Shown in pieces: positions 25,240 to 34,840 of a stretch of DNA of 64,000 bases. The position numbers and the translations under genes were made by a program. Positions within the stretch are counted from its first letter, which is position 1. Each line of letters begins with the position of its first letter. This DNA comes from an uncultured Acidobacterium sp. Its GTDB lineage: Bacteria; Acidobacteriota; Vicinamibacteria; Vicinamibacterales; UBA2999. The DNA lies in the NCBI GenBank assembly GCA_964513235.1, contig CAZEMI010000017.1, forward strand, positions 13,835-77,834. The letters are read 5' to 3'. A model generated the notes under the pieces. It did no database searches, was not told the origin of the DNA, and was given only the letters and a program-made list of their open reading frames with translations.

Positions 25240-26601
25240 CTACTTCATCAGACTAAACGGGCCCTTCTTCTTTTTCTTCTTCGGCGCCGCCGCGATGGGC
25301 TCGCCCGTCATCTCGCCCACCATCTTCAGCATCCGCTGCATCTCGACGAACTGCTTGAGCAACCGGTTGACGTCTTCCACCGTGGTGCCGCTGCCCTTCG
25401 CCACCCGCTTGCGCCGGCTCCCGTCGAGGATCTCGGCGAACTTGCGCTCCTCGGGCGTCATCGAGTTGATGATCGCTTCGATCCGCCCGAGCTGCTTCTC
25501 GTCCGGCTTCTGGCCGGCGAGCTCTTTCATGCCGCCCATGCCCGGCAGCATGCCCAGGATCTTGTCGAGCGGGCCCATGCGCTTGAGCATCCGCAGCTGA
25601 TCCCGGAAATCTTCGAGCGTGAACCCGCCCTTGCGGATCTTCGCTTCGAGCTTTTCCGCGTCGCCGTGATCGATGACCGCTTCGGCCTTCTCGATCAGCG
25701 ACAGCACGTCGCCCATGCCGAGCATGCGCGACACGAACCGGTCGGCGTGGAACGGCTCGAGGTCGTCGAGCTTTTCGCCGCTGCCGACAAACGCAATCGG
25801 CACGCCGACCACCGACACCACCGAGAGCGCCGCGCCGCCGCGCGCGTCGCCGTCGATCTTGGTCAGCACCACGCCGGTGACGCCGACCTGCGCGTTGAAC
25901 TCGCCCGCGCTCTTGATCGCGTCCTGCCCCGTCATCGCGTCGGCGACGTAGAGCAGATCCGACGGTCCCGATACGTCTTTGATCGCGACGAGCTCTTTCA
26001 TGAGCTCGTCGTCGATGTGGAGCCGGCCGGCGGTGTCGACGATGACCACGTCGTTGCCCACCGCGCGGGCTTCGGCGAGCGCCCCTTTGGCGCGCGCCAC
26101 CGGATCCATCTCCCCCGCCGGGTCGTGCACCCGCACGCCGGCCTGTTCCGCGACGATCGCGAGCTGCTGGATGGCCGCTGGACGTCTCACGTCCGTCGAC
26201 ACCACAATCGGGTGGCGGCCTTGCTTCGCCAGCCACTTCGCCAGCTTGCCCGTGGTGGTGGTCTTGCCCGAGCCCTGCAGCCCGAGCATCAAAATCACGC
26301 GCGGTCGAGCCGACGTCTCCTGCAGCCCGCCCTTGGCATCGCCGAACAGCGCGAGCAGCTCATCGCGAACGATCTTGATGACCTGCTGGCTCGGGGTCAG
26401 GCTCTTGAGAACCGCCTGATCCATCGCCCGATCGCGCACACGATCGACGAATGCCTTGACGACCTTGAAGTTGACGTCCGCTTCGAGCAGTGCCAGCCGG
26501 ATTTCCCGGAGAGCGTTCTCGACCGTGGTCTCCGTGAGACGTGTTTCCCCCTTGAGTGACTGGAAGACGTCCTGGAGCCGATGGCTGAGCGCGTCGAACA
26601 T
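25240..26601 (-). CDS. ffh: Signal recognition particle protein Ffh
   Basis: 453 aa with a GTPase domain (GLQGSGKTTTTGKLA, DTAGR, TKIDGD) and an M domain with a Met-rich C-terminus. Confidence 0.95.
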   Translation of the reverse strand: MFDALSHRLQDVFQSLKGETRLTETTVENALREIRLALLEADVNFKVVKAFVDRVRDRAMDQAVLKSLTPSQQVIKIVRDELLALFGDAKGGLQETSARPRVILMLGLQGSGKTTTTGKLAKWLAKQGRHPIVVSTDVRRPAAIQQLAIVAEQAGVRVHDPAGEMDPVARAKGALAEARAVGNDVVIVDTAGRLHIDDELMKELVAIKDVSGPSDLLYVADAMTGQDAIKSAGEFNAQVGVTGVVLTKIDGDARGGAALSVVSVVGVPIAFVGSGEKLDDLEPFHADRFVSRMLGMGDVLSLIEKAEAVIDHGDAEKLEAKIRKGGFTLEDFRDQLRMLKRMGPLDKILGMLPGMGGMKELAGQKPDEKQLGRIEAIINSMTPEERKFAEILDGSRRKRVAKGSGTTVEDVNRLLKQFVEMQRMLKMVGEMTGEPIAAAPKKKKKKGPFSLMK

Positions 26602-26678
26602 TAGGGCCGCAGCATTTCTTTACCCCGCCTCCGGCGAGGCGCGCAAACCCTTATCCTACTGGAGCTTCAGGAGATCGG

Positions 26679-28001
26679 TCAAACCGATTCGAGGCGGTGT
26701 CCGAGCTTTTCCTTCTTTACTTTCAAGTATCTACGGGTGGTCGCCGACGCGGGGATCTCGAGCGGAAGGGTCTCGGAAATCGACAGGCCGTACCCCTGCA
26801 AACCTACGAATTTGCGTGGGTTATTGGTCAGCAGGCGCATCGAGCGGATGCCCAGGTGCCGCAGGATTTGCGCGCCGATGCCGTAGTCGCGTTGATCGGC
26901 CTTGAAGCCGAGCCGCTCGTTGGCTTCGACGGTGTCGAGGCCGCGATCCTGCAACGCATAGGCGCGCAGCTTGTTGGCGAGGCCGATGCCGCGCCCTTCC
27001 TGGTTGAGATAGAGCAGCACGCCGCGGCCGGCGCGCGAGATTTGCTGCAGCGCGGCTTCGAGCTGCATGCCGCAATCGCAGCGCGCGGAGTGAAACACGT
27101 CGCCGGTCAGGCACTTCGAGTGCACGCGCACGAGCACGTCCTCGCCTGTGCCGATCTCGCCGCACACCAGCGCGAGGTGGGTTTCCTGGTCGATCAGGCT
27201 CTCGTAGCCGTGAATGCGGAACTGGCCGTGTTCGGTCGGCAGCTCGGCGTCGGCCACCTTGGTCACGAGGCCTTCGGTGCGCATGCGATAGCGAATCAGA
27301 TCGGCGATGGTGATCATCAACAGCGAGTGACGCTGCGCGAACTTGGTCAGCGCCGGCACCCGCGCCATCGTGCCGTCATCGTTCATGATTTCGCAGATCA
27401 CGCCCGCCGGCGCCAGGCCGGCGATGCGCGCGAGATCGACCGCGGCTTCGGTTTGTCCGGCACGCACCAGCACGCCGCCGTCGCGAGCGCGCAGCGGGAA
27501 CATGTGGCCCGGCCGCGCGAGGTCGGCGGATTTCGTCTTCGGATTGATCGCCGCGCGCACGGTGGCGGCGCGATCGGCCGCCGAGATGCCGGTGCTGGTG
27601 CCGCGCTTGGCTTCGATCGGCACGCAGAACGCGGTTTCAAACCGGCTCGAGTTCTTGGTGACCATCAGCGGAATCTCGAGCTTGTCGAGACGCTCGCCGG
27701 TCATCGGCAGGCAGATCAGGCCGCGCCCGAACCGCGCCATGAAGTTGATCGCTTCGGGCGTCACCGTCTCGGCGGCCATCGTCAGATCGCCCTCGTTCTC
27801 GCGATCCTCGTCGTCCACCACGATCACCATCTCACCGCGCTTGATCGAGGCAACCGCATCCTCAACTGCCGCAAACGGCCCGGTACTCTTGGCACCCTTG
27901 GCGATTTTGATCTGTGCCTTCGGCGGCCCCCTTCGACTCGGTCGTGCGAGCGCGAGCGCTCGCTCAACCTCGCTCAGGGCCTTCGGCTGATGTTTCTTCA
28001 T
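26679..28001 (-). CDS. ribBA: Bifunctional 3,4-dihydroxy-2-butanone-4-phosphate synthase / GTP cyclohydrolase II
   Basis: DHBP synthase motifs ([13 protein letters not shown]) and GCH II motifs ([21 protein letters not shown]) are both present. I chose the ATG at 28001 (ATGA overlap with the ribE stop), which leaves an N-terminal extension of about 40 aa before the DHBPS domain. Confidence 0.9.
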   Translation of the reverse strand: MKKHQPKALSEVERALALARPSRRGPPKAQIKIAKGAKSTGPFAAVEDAVASIKRGEMVIVVDDEDRENEGDLTMAAETVTPEAINFMARFGRGLICLPMTGERLDKLEIPLMVTKNSSRFETAFCVPIEAKRGTSTGISAADRAATVRAAINPKTKSADLARPGHMFPLRARDGGVLVRAGQTEAAVDLARIAGLAPAGVICEIMNDDGTMARVPALTKFAQRHSLLMITIADLIRYRMRTEGLVTKVADAELPTEHGQFRIHGYESLIDQETHLALVCGEIGTGEDVLVRVHSKCLTGDVFHSARCDCGMQLEAALQQISRAGRGVLLYLNQEGRGIGLANKLRAYALQDRGLDTVEANERLGFKADQRDYGIGAQILRHLGIRSMRLLTNNPRKFVGLQGYGLSISETLPLEIPASATTRRYLKVKKEKLGHRLESV

Positions 28002-28594
28002 TGATTCCTTCGCACTTCGATGGCCCGCGCCACGTACTTGCCGATCATGTCGCACTCGAGATTGACCTTGTCGCCCTTGCGCAGCGCCTGCAACGTGGTG
28101 GCGGTCCACGTGAATGGGATCACCATCACGTCGAACTGCCGCTCGCCGAGTCCGGCCACGGTGAGGCTGATGCCGTCCACCGCCACCGAGCCCTTGCGAA
28201 TGAACAACGGCGCCAGCGCCGGGGGAAACCCGATCGTCAGCCAGTGTGATTCGCCTTCCGCCCTGATCTCTTCGATGACGCCGACGCCGTCGACGTGTCC
28301 GAGCACGAAGTGCCCGTCGAAGCGGCCCTCCGCCTTGACTGGGCGCTCGAGATTCACGTCCTGGCCGCGCTGCAACGAGCCCAGCGTCGTGACCCGCGAC
28401 GTCTCGGGACCCACGTCCGCCAGCACGTGCTCGCCGTCGATCACGATCACGGTCAGGCAGACGCCGTTGACGGCCAGGCTGTCGCCCACCCTCAGCTCCG
28501 CCGACAGCGGCGTATGAATGCTCACGCGATAGCCGCCGCCGGTGCCCTTCACCTCGGCGAGTGTGCCGACCGCTTCAACGATGCCCGTGAACAT
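27998..28594 (-). CDS. ribE: Riboflavin synthase alpha chain
   Basis: [10 protein letters not shown]...[13 protein letters not shown]...[12 protein letters not shown]. The ATG at 28594 was chosen. Confidence 0.9.
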   Translation of the reverse strand: MFTGIVEAVGTLAEVKGTGGGYRVSIHTPLSAELRVGDSLAVNGVCLTVIVIDGEHVLADVGPETSRVTTLGSLQRGQDVNLERPVKAEGRFDGHFVLGHVDGVGVIEEIRAEGESHWLTIGFPPALAPLFIRKGSVAVDGISLTVAGLGERQFDVMVIPFTWTATTLQALRKGDKVNLECDMIGKYVARAIEVRRNQ

Positions 28595-29660
28595 CCGCCT
28601 CCATCCATCTATCGGGTCCAAGCTGTTCCACCGTGACGGGAATCAGCTGCGACATCGGCACCTCGACGCCGTCGAAGAATTTCACACCGCCCTCGCCGAG
28701 TGCCGTCGGCGCCACCACCACGTGCACGCGATCGATGACGCCGGCCCGCCAGGCCGCCGCGTGCATTTCCGCCCCGCCCTCGAGCAACAACGCCGACACG
28801 TCGAAGCGCACCAGGGCCCGAAGGTCTTCTCGGAGGGCTCCCGATCCTTCGATCAGCGTGGCCCCGGCGCGCGTCAATGCACCGGCTGTGTCTGGGTGCT
28901 CGGCGGCTGCCTCGGCCGTGGTCAGTATTATGACCGGCCCGGAGGCGAGCGTCGATAACAGCCGGGCGTGCGGGGGCGTGCGGAGGCGACGATCGAAGAT
29001 CACTCGAACGAGCGGCCGCGGGCGATACAAATCGCGCACCGTCAGGATCGGGTCGTCGGCGAGCACGGTGCCCGAGCCCACGCCGACGGCATCGACCGCC
29101 GCGCGCAGCCGCTGGGTCCGCCGGTTCGCTTCCTTCGACGTCAGTGGCGTCCGTACACCCGGCGCCGCCGCGATCCGCGAGTCGATGCTGGTGGCCGCCT
29201 TGGCGATCACCATCGGCCGCCCTTCGGTCTGCACGATCGCAAACGCGCGATTCAACCGGGCCGCTTCGTCCTCCATCACACCAACGTCCACCTGGATGCC
29301 GCTCGCCCGCAATTGGTCGAAGCCCATGCCGCTCACCAGCGGATTCGGATCGCGCATCGCCGCCACGACGCGGCGAATGCCGGCCGCGATGATGCGGCGC
29401 GTGCAGGGGCCGGTACGGCCGACGTGACAGCACGGCTCGAGCGTCACATACAACGTCGCGCCTCTCGCGCGGTCGCCGGCAGCGTCGAGCGCAAACACTT
29501 CCGCGTGGGCGTCGCCGGCTCGCGGATGCCGGCCGTAGCCGGCGACGATCCCGTCCGGGGTGACCACCACCGCGCCGACCATCGGGTTCGGCGTGGTGAC
29601 GCCCTCACCGCGACGGGCATGGAACAACGCGCGCCGCATGTGATCGGCATCGGTCACCAT
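28575..29660 (-). CDS. ribD: Bifunctional riboflavin deaminase/reductase RibD
   Basis: 361 aa with the deaminase motif HAEVFAL...TLEPCCHVGRTGPC and a C-terminal reductase domain. The start overlaps the ftsY stop. Confidence 0.9.
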   Translation of the reverse strand: MVTDADHMRRALFHARRGEGVTTPNPMVGAVVVTPDGIVAGYGRHPRAGDAHAEVFALDAAGDRARGATLYVTLEPCCHVGRTGPCTRRIIAAGIRRVVAAMRDPNPLVSGMGFDQLRASGIQVDVGVMEDEAARLNRAFAIVQTEGRPMVIAKAATSIDSRIAAAPGVRTPLTSKEANRRTQRLRAAVDAVGVGSGTVLADDPILTVRDLYRPRPLVRVIFDRRLRTPPHARLLSTLASGPVIILTTAEAAAEHPDTAGALTRAGATLIEGSGALREDLRALVRFDVSALLLEGGAEMHAAAWRAGVIDRVHVVVAPTALGEGGVKFFDGVEVPMSQLIPVTVEQLGPDRWMEADVHGHR

Positions 29661-30622
29661 TGGTGCTGGAAGATGGCGTCGACGTATGCGCGGGGAGAGA
29701 ACGGCAACAGGTCATCGACCGCTTCGCCCACGCCGACGTAGCGGATGGGCACGTTCAGATCGTGCGCAATGGCCACCGCGATGCCGCCCTTGGCCGTGCC
29801 GTCCAGCTTGGTCAGCACGATCCCGGTGACGCCGGCGGCGCTGGTGAACTCCCGTGCCTGCGCCAGGCCGTTCTGCCCGACGGTGGCATCAAGGACGAGC
29901 AGCACCTCGTGCGGCGCGCCGGGGATCTCGCGACTGGCGACGCGCCGAATCTTGTCGAGCTCGTTCATCAGGTTCGTGCGTGTGTGTAAGCGCCCGGCGG
30001 TATCGACGAGCACCACGTCACTCCGCCGGGATTTCGCCGCGGACATCGCATCGAAGACCACCGCCGCCGGATCCGATCCGGCCTTGGCGCGAATGATGGC
30101 CACGCCGGCCCGGTCCGCCCAGATCTGCAACTGATCGACGGCGGCGGCGCGAAAGGTGTCAGCCGCGCAGATCAGCGGCTGCTTGCCCTCTTCCCGCATC
30201 CGATGCGCGAGCTTGCCAATGGTGGTCGTTTTACCAACACCGTTCACGCCAACGACGAGTACCACTCGTGGTTGGTGTGAACGATCCGCCGAAGCGCCCG
30301 AGGATCCAGGCGCGAAGGCGGACCGCTCCTGCGCGGCTGCCTCGGATCGTTCGAGCACGCGGAGCATTTCCTGTTTGACCAGCGCTCGCAAGCTCTCGCC
30401 GCGACGTTGCCGTTTTCGCACGGCCTCGACGATCTCCGCCGTGGCGGCCACGCCGACGTCGGCCATCAGGAGGATCTCTTCCAGCGCATCGGCGGTATCC
30501 ACGTCGACCTCGCGCGTGCGCGCGTCGGGCGCATCAGCGAGGCTGACAATGTCGTCGAACCGATCCTTGAGCTGCTGCGTCGTGCGCTGCAGACCTTGCT
30601 TTAACTTGTCAAACAAACCCAT
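29654..30622 (-). CDS. ftsY: Signal recognition particle receptor FtsY
   Basis: 322 aa with an NG domain (VVGVNGVGKTTTIGKLA, DTAGRLH, TKLDGTAKGG). Confidence 0.9.
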   Translation of the reverse strand: MGLFDKLKQGLQRTTQQLKDRFDDIVSLADAPDARTREVDVDTADALEEILLMADVGVAATAEIVEAVRKRQRRGESLRALVKQEMLRVLERSEAAAQERSAFAPGSSGASADRSHQPRVVLVVGVNGVGKTTTIGKLAHRMREEGKQPLICAADTFRAAAVDQLQIWADRAGVAIIRAKAGSDPAAVVFDAMSAAKSRRSDVVLVDTAGRLHTRTNLMNELDKIRRVASREIPGAPHEVLLVLDATVGQNGLAQAREFTSAAGVTGIVLTKLDGTAKGGIAVAIAHDLNVPIRYVGVGEAVDDLLPFSPRAYVDAIFQHQW

Positions 30623-30636
30623 TAAATGACTCGCAT

Positions 30637-30675
30637 CTGGTGATCTGTTGACCTGGTGATCTGTTGACCTGGGAC
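30637..30675. repeat. 16-nt tandem repeat CTGGTGATCTGTTGAC x2.4
   Basis: Two perfect copies and a partial third lie in the gpsA-ftsY spacer. Downstream, GGTTCAACAG and CAGATCAAC are partial inverted matches. Confidence 0.85.
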
Positions 30676-30720
30676 CTCTCAGATCAACGGTTCAACAGCT
30701 CAAGAGATCAATAGATGTGC

Positions 30721-31722
30721 CTATGCATGTTCAAGCTTTTGTTTCCGCCCCATCAGGTTGCGGATGGCGAGTTGTGGATCGGTGCGACCGGCCAGCACGT
30801 CCGACATTTCGCGGGCGATGGGCAGCTCGATGTTGTGGCGGGTACCGAGGGCCAACGCGGCTTCGGTGGTGCGAATGCCCTCCGCAACCATGCGCGTGCC
30901 CGCCAGGATGTCTTTCAGTGAATGGCCGCGCGCGAGCTCAATGCCCACCCTGCGGTTGCGGCTCAAGTCGCCCGTGCAGGTGAGCACGAGATCGCCGAGG
31001 CCGGCCAGGCCCGACAGCGTGTGCGGTTGGGCGCCGGCCGCCACCGCCAGTCGCGACAACTCCGCAAGCCCGCGCGTCATCAGCGCGGCCAGCGCGTTGT
31101 GGCCGACGCCCAGTCCTTCGACCACGCCGGCCGCGATCGCAATGATGTTCTTCAAGGCGCCGCCCAGTTCCACGCCGACCACATCCGGGCTGCCGTAGAG
31201 CCGCAACGCCGGCGAACCGAAGTGCGCCATCACCGCTTCGACCACCGCCGAGGATTCACCGGCCGCCACCACCGCGGTGGGCTGCTCCCGCGCGAGTTCC
31301 ATCGCAAAACTTGGACCGGAGAGCACGACCACCTCGCCGATGTCGGAAAACTCCTCGCCCAACACCTGCGACATGCGGAGCAGCGAGCCGGCTTCGAGGC
31401 CTTTCGCCGCGCTCACCACCGTGCACGCGCGTGGCACGTGCACGTTGGCCGCGCGCGCGACGTCACGCAGGCCATGCGACGGCACCGCCATCACGACGAA
31501 GGCCGCGCCGCCGACGGCGTCCTGGATGGTCGAGGTCGGCGTCAGCGCCGGCGGCAAGGCGATGCCGGGCAGATAGGTCTGATTTTCGCGCGCCGCGGTC
31601 ATGGCCGAGGCGAGCGCGGGGTCGCGCGCCCACAACCGTACCTCGTGGCCGGTCCGCGCCAGGTGCACCGCCAGCGCCGTCCCCCAACTCCCCGAGCCGA
31701 GCACGCCGATGGTGTGACTCAT
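30721..31722 (-). CDS. gpsA: NAD(P)H-dependent glycerol-3-phosphate dehydrogenase
   Basis: 333 aa (IGVLGSGSWGTALA...GALKNIIAIAAG...). Confidence 0.92.
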   Translation of the reverse strand: MSHTIGVLGSGSWGTALAVHLARTGHEVRLWARDPALASAMTAARENQTYLPGIALPPALTPTSTIQDAVGGAAFVVMAVPSHGLRDVARAANVHVPRACTVVSAAKGLEAGSLLRMSQVLGEEFSDIGEVVVLSGPSFAMELAREQPTAVVAAGESSAVVEAVMAHFGSPALRLYGSPDVVGVELGGALKNIIAIAAGVVEGLGVGHNALAALMTRGLAELSRLAVAAGAQPHTLSGLAGLGDLVLTCTGDLSRNRRVGIELARGHSLKDILAGTRMVAEGIRTTEAALALGTRHNIELPIAREMSDVLAGRTDPQLAIRNLMGRKQKLEHA

Positions 31723-32291
31723 GTGCCCAGGGCCCGCTCGCTACGGGTCCACAAACGCGCCATGTTGCCGCGATGACGAAACAGGATGAGTGCCGCGACG
31801 ATCGTGGCGCCGATGTCCACCGCGCGAAGGCCCGGCGTCAGCCACTCGACGACCGGCAGCAGCACCGCGGCCACCAGTGATCCGAGCGAGACCAAACGCG
31901 TGCGCGCCACGACGATCGCGAACGCCGCCGCGGCAATCGCCGTCGGCAGCGGCGACAGCACGCTGAAGACCCCGCTCGCGGTGGCCACGCCCTTGCCGCC
32001 GCGAAACCCCAACCACACGGGATAAACGTGACCACACACGGCGGCCACACCCGCGGCCACGCCATTGACGCCGCCGCCGCCCAGGAAGACGGCACCGGCG
32101 CCTTTTGCCGCGTCGGCCAGCATCACCGCAATCGCCATGGCCAGCCCGCTGGTGCGATAGACGTTGGCGGCACCCACATTGCCGCTCCCGACCCGGCGCA
32201 GATCGACCCCGCGCGCGCTCTGCGCAACGAGATACCCGATCGGCAGTGAGCCGGCGGCGTAGCCGATCAGAATCGCGGGAAGCAGATCCAT
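31719..32291 (-). CDS. plsY: Glycerol-3-phosphate acyltransferase PlsY
   Basis: 190 aa polytopic membrane protein (GSGNVGAANVYR...GHVYPVWLGFRGGKGVAT). Confidence 0.9.
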   Translation of the reverse strand: MDLLPAILIGYAAGSLPIGYLVAQSARGVDLRRVGSGNVGAANVYRTSGLAMAIAVMLADAAKGAGAVFLGGGGVNGVAAGVAAVCGHVYPVWLGFRGGKGVATASGVFSVLSPLPTAIAAAAFAIVVARTRLVSLGSLVAAVLLPVVEWLTPGLRAVDIGATIVAALILFRHRGNMARLWTRSERALGT

Positions 32292-32295
32292 GAAT

Positions 32296-32898
32296 CTATT
32301 GATCTGGTGATCTCGTGATCGGTTGATCTGCGATCAGTGGAGCGCTCACCAACTCAGTATAGTTCGGGCCAAACTGCGTCAGGTTGCTGCGGTAGAGCGT
32401 CACGCGATCGACGTGCGACGTCACGTTCCGCACCTCGGTGGCCTGGAGGATGTTCGGCCAATCCACGCCGGCGCCGGCCATCTTCACGCGCCCGAGCGTG
32501 AGATGCGGCAGTAGCGCCCGATCGTCGAGGTCGACGGCCGCGCCCGCGACGCGTTTCGAGATCTCGGCTTCGATCGCCGCCAGTTGCGCGGAGCCGCTCG
32601 TCACGCCGAGCCAGAGCGCCCGCGGATGCCGATTGTTCGGAAACGTGCCGATGCCGCGCCACGCGATGTCAAACGGGGCCACGGGAATGGGCGGCGCGAG
32701 GAGCGGTATCAGCCGCTCCACCTCGTCCGGCTCGACTTCGCCGACAAACCTGATCGTGACGTGGAGGGCCGCCGGCTTGACCCACACCACTTTCGGCGGC
32801 ACCTTCGCCATCTCGAGCTTGATGGCGAGTGCGCTGACCGCACGCGTCGCCTCGCGGCGAACCGCGTTGCCGATATCAACCGCTACGAACACCCGCAC
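32296..32898 (-). CDS. thpR: RNA 2',3'-cyclic phosphodiesterase (2H phosphoesterase, LigT/ThpR)
   Basis: Two HxT motifs are present (LHVTIRF and PHLTLGR). The C-terminal ~12 codons are encoded by the GTGATCT repeat. Confidence 0.8.
   Translation of the reverse strand: MRVFVAVDIGNAVRREATRAVSALAIKLEMAKVPPKVVWVKPAALHVTIRFVGEVEPDEVERLIPLLAPPIPVAPFDIAWRGIGTFPNNRHPRALWLGVTSGSAQLAAIEAEISKRVAGAAVDLDDRALLPHLTLGRVKMAGAGVDWPNILQATEVRNVTSHVDRVTLYRSNLTQFGPNYTELVSAPLIADQPITRSPDQ
32299..32337. repeat. 8-nt tandem repeat GTGATCTN x5
   Basis: TTGATCTG GTGATCTC GTGATCG GTTGATCTG CGATCAG. It shares the GTGATCTG core with the 30637 repeat. Confidence 0.85.
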
Positions 32899-32903
32899 GA
32901 AAC

Positions 32904-34175
32904 TCAGTCCTCGAGAAGATGACGCCGAAGCAGATCGATCGCCCAGTTCGCCGACATGGCCTTGACCATCTCTCGGCCACCCGGAAATTTGAACGTCCGG
33001 ACGCGTGAGGTGCCATCATCCACGGCAATACACACAGTGCCAACCGGTTTCTGCTCGGTGCCCCCACCCGGACCGGCAATGCCCGTAATACCGACGCCGA
33101 CGTTGACACCCGCGCGCTGGCGAATGCCGGCGGCCATCGCCAGCGCCACCGGCTCGCTCACCGCGCCGTGTTCCTGGATGAACGCTTCGGGCACGCCGAG
33201 CAGCTCGATCTTGGCGCGGTTGCTGTACGCCACCACGCTCCGCTCAACATACTCCGAGCTGCCGGGCACATCCGTCAGTCGCGACGTCGCCAGGCCTCCC
33301 GTGCACGACTCCGCAAGCGCCACCCACCAGCCCCGTGATCGCAGCAGGCGGCCGACCACGGCCTCGAGGGTCGTGCCATCGGTGCTGACCAGATCCGCGC
33401 CGAGCACGGCGGCCAGCTGCCCGACTGCGCGATCGAGGGTGGCCGTTGCCGCCGCGGCGTCGCGCGACTGCGTGACCAGGTGCAGTTCCACCTGGCCGAG
33501 GCCCGCGAGGATCGTCGTCTCGATCGGCGGCCGTTCGGTCAGCCATCGCGAGTAGATCGGCTGCACGATCTCCTCGACCGCCGACTCACCTTTCCCCGAC
33601 ACCCGCAGCACGCGCCGGTGCAGCCGCACCGCGCCTGCGCGCGCCGCGAGCCGCGTCCGCACCTCGCCGTCGATCATCGGCTTCATCTCGCGGGGCGGAC
33701 CGGGCACCAGGGCGATCACCGCCTCGCCATGCTCGATCCACAACCCCGGCGCGGTGCCATGCGGGTTGGCGAGCACGGTGGCGCCGCGCGGCACCTGCGC
33801 CTGCCGCCGGTTGTTCGCGGGCATCTTCCAGCCCCGCGCCGCAAAGCGCTTCTCCATTGCCTCGACGATCGAAGGATCCTCGTCCAGCGGCAGGTTGAGA
33901 TGTGCCGCCACGACTTCCCTCGTCAGATCATCGTCGGTGGGACCGAGTCCGCCGGTCAGGATTAGGACGCGGTGCCGCGACAACGCGTGCGCGACGTGGG
34001 CGGTGAGCTCGTCGCGGTTGTCGCCAACGATGGTCTTGCAGGCCACCGCGATCCCAAGGTCGTTGAGGACCTGCGTGATGTACAGCGAGTTGGTGTCGGT
34101 CCGTTCGGGCGTGAGCAGCTCGCTGCCCACGGCGATGATGGCCGCCGAAGGCAGGGAAGACTCAACCAGGGCCAC
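32904..34175 (-). CDS. cinA: CinA-family competence/damage-inducible protein (MoCF-like N-domain + PncC-like NMN deamidase C-domain)
   Basis: AAIIAVGSELLTPERTDTNS...LTGGLGPTDDDLT at the N-terminus and ESCTGGL...VGTVCIA at the C-terminus. I provisionally moved the start to the GTG at 34175, because the upstream codons are repeat-encoded. Confidence 0.85.
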   Translation of the reverse strand: MALVESSLPSAAIIAVGSELLTPERTDTNSLYITQVLNDLGIAVACKTIVGDNRDELTAHVAHALSRHRVLILTGGLGPTDDDLTREVVAAHLNLPLDEDPSIVEAMEKRFAARGWKMPANNRRQAQVPRGATVLANPHGTAPGLWIEHGEAVIALVPGPPREMKPMIDGEVRTRLAARAGAVRLHRRVLRVSGKGESAVEEIVQPIYSRWLTERPPIETTILAGLGQVELHLVTQSRDAAAATATLDRAVGQLAAVLGADLVSTDGTTLEAVVGRLLRSRGWWVALAESCTGGLATSRLTDVPGSSEYVERSVVAYSNRAKIELLGVPEAFIQEHGAVSEPVALAMAAGIRQRAGVNVGVGITGIAGPGGGTEQKPVGTVCIAVDDGTSRVRTFKFPGGREMVKAMSANWAIDLLRRHLLED

Positions 34176-34225
34176 AGAAGGCACAGAGGATTTCACCAGG
34201 ATCACAGAAGGCGCAGATCATAAGC

Positions 34226-34729
34226 TTACGCCGTCAACCACGCCGGCGCCAGCATCACGCCGATCCGCAGCAGCAGGTGCCCGTAGACGCCAGCCATGGC
34301 ATCGTCGGCCATGATGCCAAGCCCGGCGGGCAGGTGTTCGAGCCGTCCGGCCGGAAACGGCTTGATCACGTCGAGCACGCGGAAGATCAGAAAGCCGGCG
34401 AGGATGCCCCACCACGACAGCGGCATGAACGCGATCGTGATCAACATGCCGAGCACCTCGTCAATGACGACGACGCCAGGATCTTTCCGGTCGAGCGCCC
34501 GCTCGGTCGCGGTCGAGGCCCAGATACCGACGGCCAGCACGACGACAATCGCGACCAACTCGAGTGCGTGACTGCCGCTCCAGCGCAGCAGCGCGTACAA
34601 CGCCAGCGCCGCGAGTGATCCGGCCGTGCCTGGTGCGATCGGAAAGTAGCCAACGTACCCGAAGGTGGCAATGAAAACCTGCAAACGTTGCAAAGGCCTA
34701 AACCGCTCGTCCATGCTTCCGGTTCCCAC
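34226..34729 (-). CDS. pgpA: Phosphatidylglycerophosphatase A
   Basis: 167 aa (GYVGYFPIAPGTAGSL...DPGVVVIDEVLGM...FRVLDVIKPFP). Confidence 0.85.
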   Translation of the reverse strand: MGTGSMDERFRPLQRLQVFIATFGYVGYFPIAPGTAGSLAALALYALLRWSGSHALELVAIVVVLAVGIWASTATERALDRKDPGVVVIDEVLGMLITIAFMPLSWWGILAGFLIFRVLDVIKPFPAGRLEHLPAGLGIMADDAMAGVYGHLLLRIGVMLAPAWLTA

Positions 34730-34749
34730 CGCGGCCTTTGCGACGTTTC

Positions 34750-34768
34750 GCCCCGCCGGAGGCGGGGC
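34750..34768 (-). terminator. GC-rich hairpin between the RDD gene and pgpA
   Basis: GCCCCGCC-GGA-GGCGGGGC, a perfect 8-bp stem flanked by TTTC and AAAA. No clean U-tract follows on the transcribed (minus) strand, so it may be an attenuator, a stabiliser or part of a REP element. Confidence 0.35.
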
Positions 34769-34840
34769 AAAACATAGTAGCCACGAGCGAGGCGCAGCGA
34801 ATGTTCGATGCTGGAGCCCCCCAGCGGAGCCTCGCTTGTC

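Noticed and set aside
25156-26559. 467-aa plus-strand ORF and 327-aa minus-strand alternate-frame ORF over ffh
   Set aside because: The Ffh frame carries the SRP54 G- and M-domain motifs. The competing frames are Arg/His/Asp-rich artefacts.
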